Positions 35,804 through 38,157 of a DNA stretch of 38,157 nucleotides are shown here, in pieces. Source of the DNA: a virus (taxonomy: Duplodnaviria > Caudoviricetes). Location of the stretch: IMG/VR virus record IMGVR_UViG_3300005805_000212, positions 1-38,157 of that record. The stretch is one strand, 5' to 3'. The notes beneath the pieces were generated by a model, which did no database searches, was not told the origin of the DNA, and saw only the letters and a list, made by a program, of their open reading frames with translations. How positions within the stretch are numbered: the first letter of the stretch is position 1; every line of letters begins with the position of its first letter. The translations under genes and the position numbers were made by a program.

Positions 35804-37561
35804 ATGCTCTCAGTAGAGCAGATTGTCGAACTGTACAAAAGCCGACAGTTAAAACTCGGACCCATGTTCGAGCAGATGCGTCGCGTGCGCGATTTGGCAA
35901 ACGGAGACGTTGTTGTCCCGCTGAACGAACTTGACAAGTCTGCAAAATCAAACGTTGCCAACCTGCTGGTGCAGGGCTTGGACCAGATGTCCATGCGTGT
36001 TGCATCAACGATGCCATCGCCATACTTCCCACCAGTAAAAGACGGCTCTGACCGCTCTAAGGGCTATGCCCGTATGCGCAAGAAAGCCGTGCTGTCGTTC
36101 TGGGACCACAACAAGATGCAGATAAAGATGCGTCGTCGTGCCCGACACCTGCTCGCATACTCGCAATCAGCCGTATTCATCAAGCCAGATTTTCGTACCT
36201 TGATGCCCAAATGGGTGGTGCGCAATCCGCTGGACACTTACCCAGCACCAGTTGAAGACCAGGACGACATCATTCCAGAAGACTGCATCTTCACCTACAA
36301 GGTCAGCGCCAACTGGTTGATGCGTAACTACGGAGAACTCGTTGGTGGACAACTGCGAATGGGTGACATTACGTCCGATTCGCGTTACACAATGCTCGAA
36401 TACGTGTCACCACAGGCACTCCAACTCGTGGTGTTGGGCGCAGAAGACAACCCAGAACTGTCACTGGCAGAGCGTGCGGGTCTTGAAGCAATCATGCTGG
36501 AGACAATCCCCAACCGAACTGGGATGCCACTTGCCGTTGTTGCCAACAGAATCACGTTGGACAAGCAGCGTGGACAGTTTGATGGTGTACTTGGCATGTA
36601 CTACACACGCGCACGCCTGCAAGCACTCACCGAAATTGCCATTGAGCGCGGCGTATTCCCAGAAGAGTACCTGGTTGCACGCACTGGAGAGAACCCAGAA
36701 ATCATTCAACTGGCAGACGGACGCAGCGGAATCCTCGGAATCGTGCGTGGTGGAGACATCCGCAGCCAAGACCTCAACCCTGGCTACAAAACCTACGAAG
36801 CCCTCGACCGTCTTGAGCGCCAAGAGCGTCTTGAAGGCGCAATCCCAGCAGAGTTCGGTGGAGAATCGGCAACAAACATTCGTACTGGTCGCCGTGGAGA
36901 AAACGTTCTGTCGGCAACCGTTGACTTCCGAGTACAGGAATCACAAGCCGTATTTGAATCATCGCTTCTCGAAGAAGACAAGATTGCCATTGCAATCGAA
37001 AAGGCTTATTGGGGTGACTTCCCCAAGACATTCTTCATCCCGTCGCGCACATCCGTTGGACAGGAATCGTACGTTCCAAACAAGATTTGGGAAACAGACT
37101 TCCACTACGTCGCATATTCGGCTGCAGGCTCAGATGTCAACTCCCTTATCATCGGGCTTGGCCAGCGTCTTGGCACTGGCATGATGAGCAAGGAATCAGC
37201 ACGCGAAGCAGACCCGTTGATTTCCGACCCAGAACTAGAACACGACCGAATCATTTCCGAAGGAGTTGAAGCAGCATTGTTGTCAAGCATCCAACAGCAA
37301 GCCGTTGACCCCAACGGCCCATACCAACCAGACGACCTCGCGTACCTGACACGCCTCGTCATGGAACAGGACGTCTCACTTTATGATGCCGTTGAGCGCA
37401 CGAACAAGCGCGCACAGGAACGTCAAGCAATGGCAATGCCTGCTGGAGCACCAGAGACAATGCCAGGATTGGCAATGCCAGGAATGGGCGCGGAAGCACC
37501 TGTTGCAGGTCCAGGGGGCGAACCGAGCCTGGAGCAACTCTTAGCGCAGATGGGTGGCTGA
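35804..37561 (+). CDS. Portal protein
   Basis: 585 aa downstream of terminase; VANLLVQGLDQMSMRVAS, RNPLDTYP; Pro/Gly/Met-rich tail. Confidence 0.8.
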   Translation: MLSVEQIVELYKSRQLKLGPMFEQMRRVRDLANGDVVVPLNELDKSAKSNVANLLVQGLDQMSMRVASTMPSPYFPPVKDGSDRSKGYARMRKKAVLSFWDHNKMQIKMRRRARHLLAYSQSAVFIKPDFRTLMPKWVVRNPLDTYPAPVEDQDDIIPEDCIFTYKVSANWLMRNYGELVGGQLRMGDITSDSRYTMLEYVSPQALQLVVLGAEDNPELSLAERAGLEAIMLETIPNRTGMPLAVVANRITLDKQRGQFDGVLGMYYTRARLQALTEIAIERGVFPEEYLVARTGENPEIIQLADGRSGILGIVRGGDIRSQDLNPGYKTYEALDRLERQERLEGAIPAEFGGESATNIRTGRRGENVLSATVDFRVQESQAVFESSLLEEDKIAIAIEKAYWGDFPKTFFIPSRTSVGQESYVPNKIWETDFHYVAYSAAGSDVNSLIIGLGQRLGTGMMSKESAREADPLISDPELEHDRIISEGVEAALLSSIQQQAVDPNGPYQPDDLAYLTRLVMEQDVSLYDAVERTNKRAQERQAMAMPAGAPETMPGLAMPGMGAEAPVAGPGGEPSLEQLLAQMGG

Positions 37562-37934
37562 AATGGCCAATCGATTTGATTTGCAGAACCCAGCAGCCAA
37601 AGTTGCCAAAGCAGCAGCCAAAGGACAGACGTACGGCAAAGCCACTGAACAACTGGCAAGCCAGTCGGCTGTTCCAATGGGTGCATCACCGTCTGACGTT
37701 TCTGCCGCTCGTGCAGCACGCGCACCCAAACCCCTGCCACTGACGGCACCAACCCAACGTCCAGACGAACCCATCACCGCTGGCGCGCCATTTGGTGCTG
37801 GACCAAACATGTATCAGGCTGGCATTCCGATGGTAAACGAAACGCAACTTGCAATGCAGGAAATCCGACAGATTGCAATGATGTTCCCCAATGAAGATTT
37901 AGAAGACCTTCTACTTCGGTACGGGATGGAGTAA
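37554..37934 (+). CDS. Pro/Ala-rich virion protein
   Basis: GQTYG...PTQRPDEPITAGAPFGAG; follows portal. Confidence 0.6.
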   Translation: MAEMANRFDLQNPAAKVAKAAAKGQTYGKATEQLASQSAVPMGASPSDVSAARAARAPKPLPLTAPTQRPDEPITAGAPFGAGPNMYQAGIPMVNETQLAMQEIRQIAMMFPNEDLEDLLLRYGME

Positions 37935-38157
37935 TGCTTTACAACAATCTGTTCCCAGAGGACAGAGAGTACATCTTGCAACTCGGCCAAGATGCACCAA
38001 CCATGGGATTCCAAGTATCGCCAGAGTATTCAAAGTCAATGGCTTTGAAGTTAAGCCAAATCAATTATCGCGCACCATGGCTGGCGCCAGATGTACAACT
38101 TGCTTTGGCTCGTGGCGGCGCGTCCACTGCAGCAATTGACCAAGTCGGCAAGATGTA
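37934..38157 (+). CDS. 3'-partial ORF, probable N-terminus of the large internal protein
   Basis: TAATG-coupled, open to the window end (MLYNNLFPEDREYILQ...). Confidence 0.55.
   Translation, partial: MLYNNLFPEDREYILQLGQDAPTMGFQVSPEYSKSMALKLSQINYRAPWLAPDVQLALARGGASTAAIDQVGKM

Noticed and set aside
37934-38157. Direct circular join of window end to base 1
   Set aside because: The join reads TA+G (stop) and is out of frame with the ORF at 1-4392; I saw no terminal overlap, so sequence is missing.
1-38157. tRNA genes
   Set aside because: No cloverleaf with a T-loop consensus seen in the few intergenic gaps; not verified with tRNAscan.

Overview
Near-complete ~38 kb tailed-phage genome with podovirus-like architecture and every credible gene on the + strand. 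The window starts and ends inside what is probably one large internal virion protein gene; the ends do not join in frame, so some sequence is missing. Gene order: internal/ejection proteins, scaffold, major capsid, small Lys-rich proteins, adaptor/nozzle, Gly-rich fibres, a PA14 surface protein, holins and an M15 endolysin, nucleases with a YqaJ/SSAP recombination module, an SLT and WhiB, then three repeated promoter cassettes (HTH/MoxR/VWA operon and two paralogous small genes), a non-coding control region, terminase and portal. WhiB and the operator sequence point to an actinobacterial host. I recognised no integrase, CI repressor, DNA polymerase, primase or helicase. The most striking signals are non-coding: (i) three perfect CGAAC-N4-GTTCG LexA-type boxes, each abutting a TTGAC-N17 promoter, with a conserved upstream motif; (ii) hairpins with anti-Shine-Dalgarno loops, one with 12-nt complementarity to the RBS of the next cassette; (iii) a divergently promoted, structured minus-strand RNA candidate ending in a G7 tract, at a strand-skew switch. 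All family assignments come from motif recognition by eye, not database searches.
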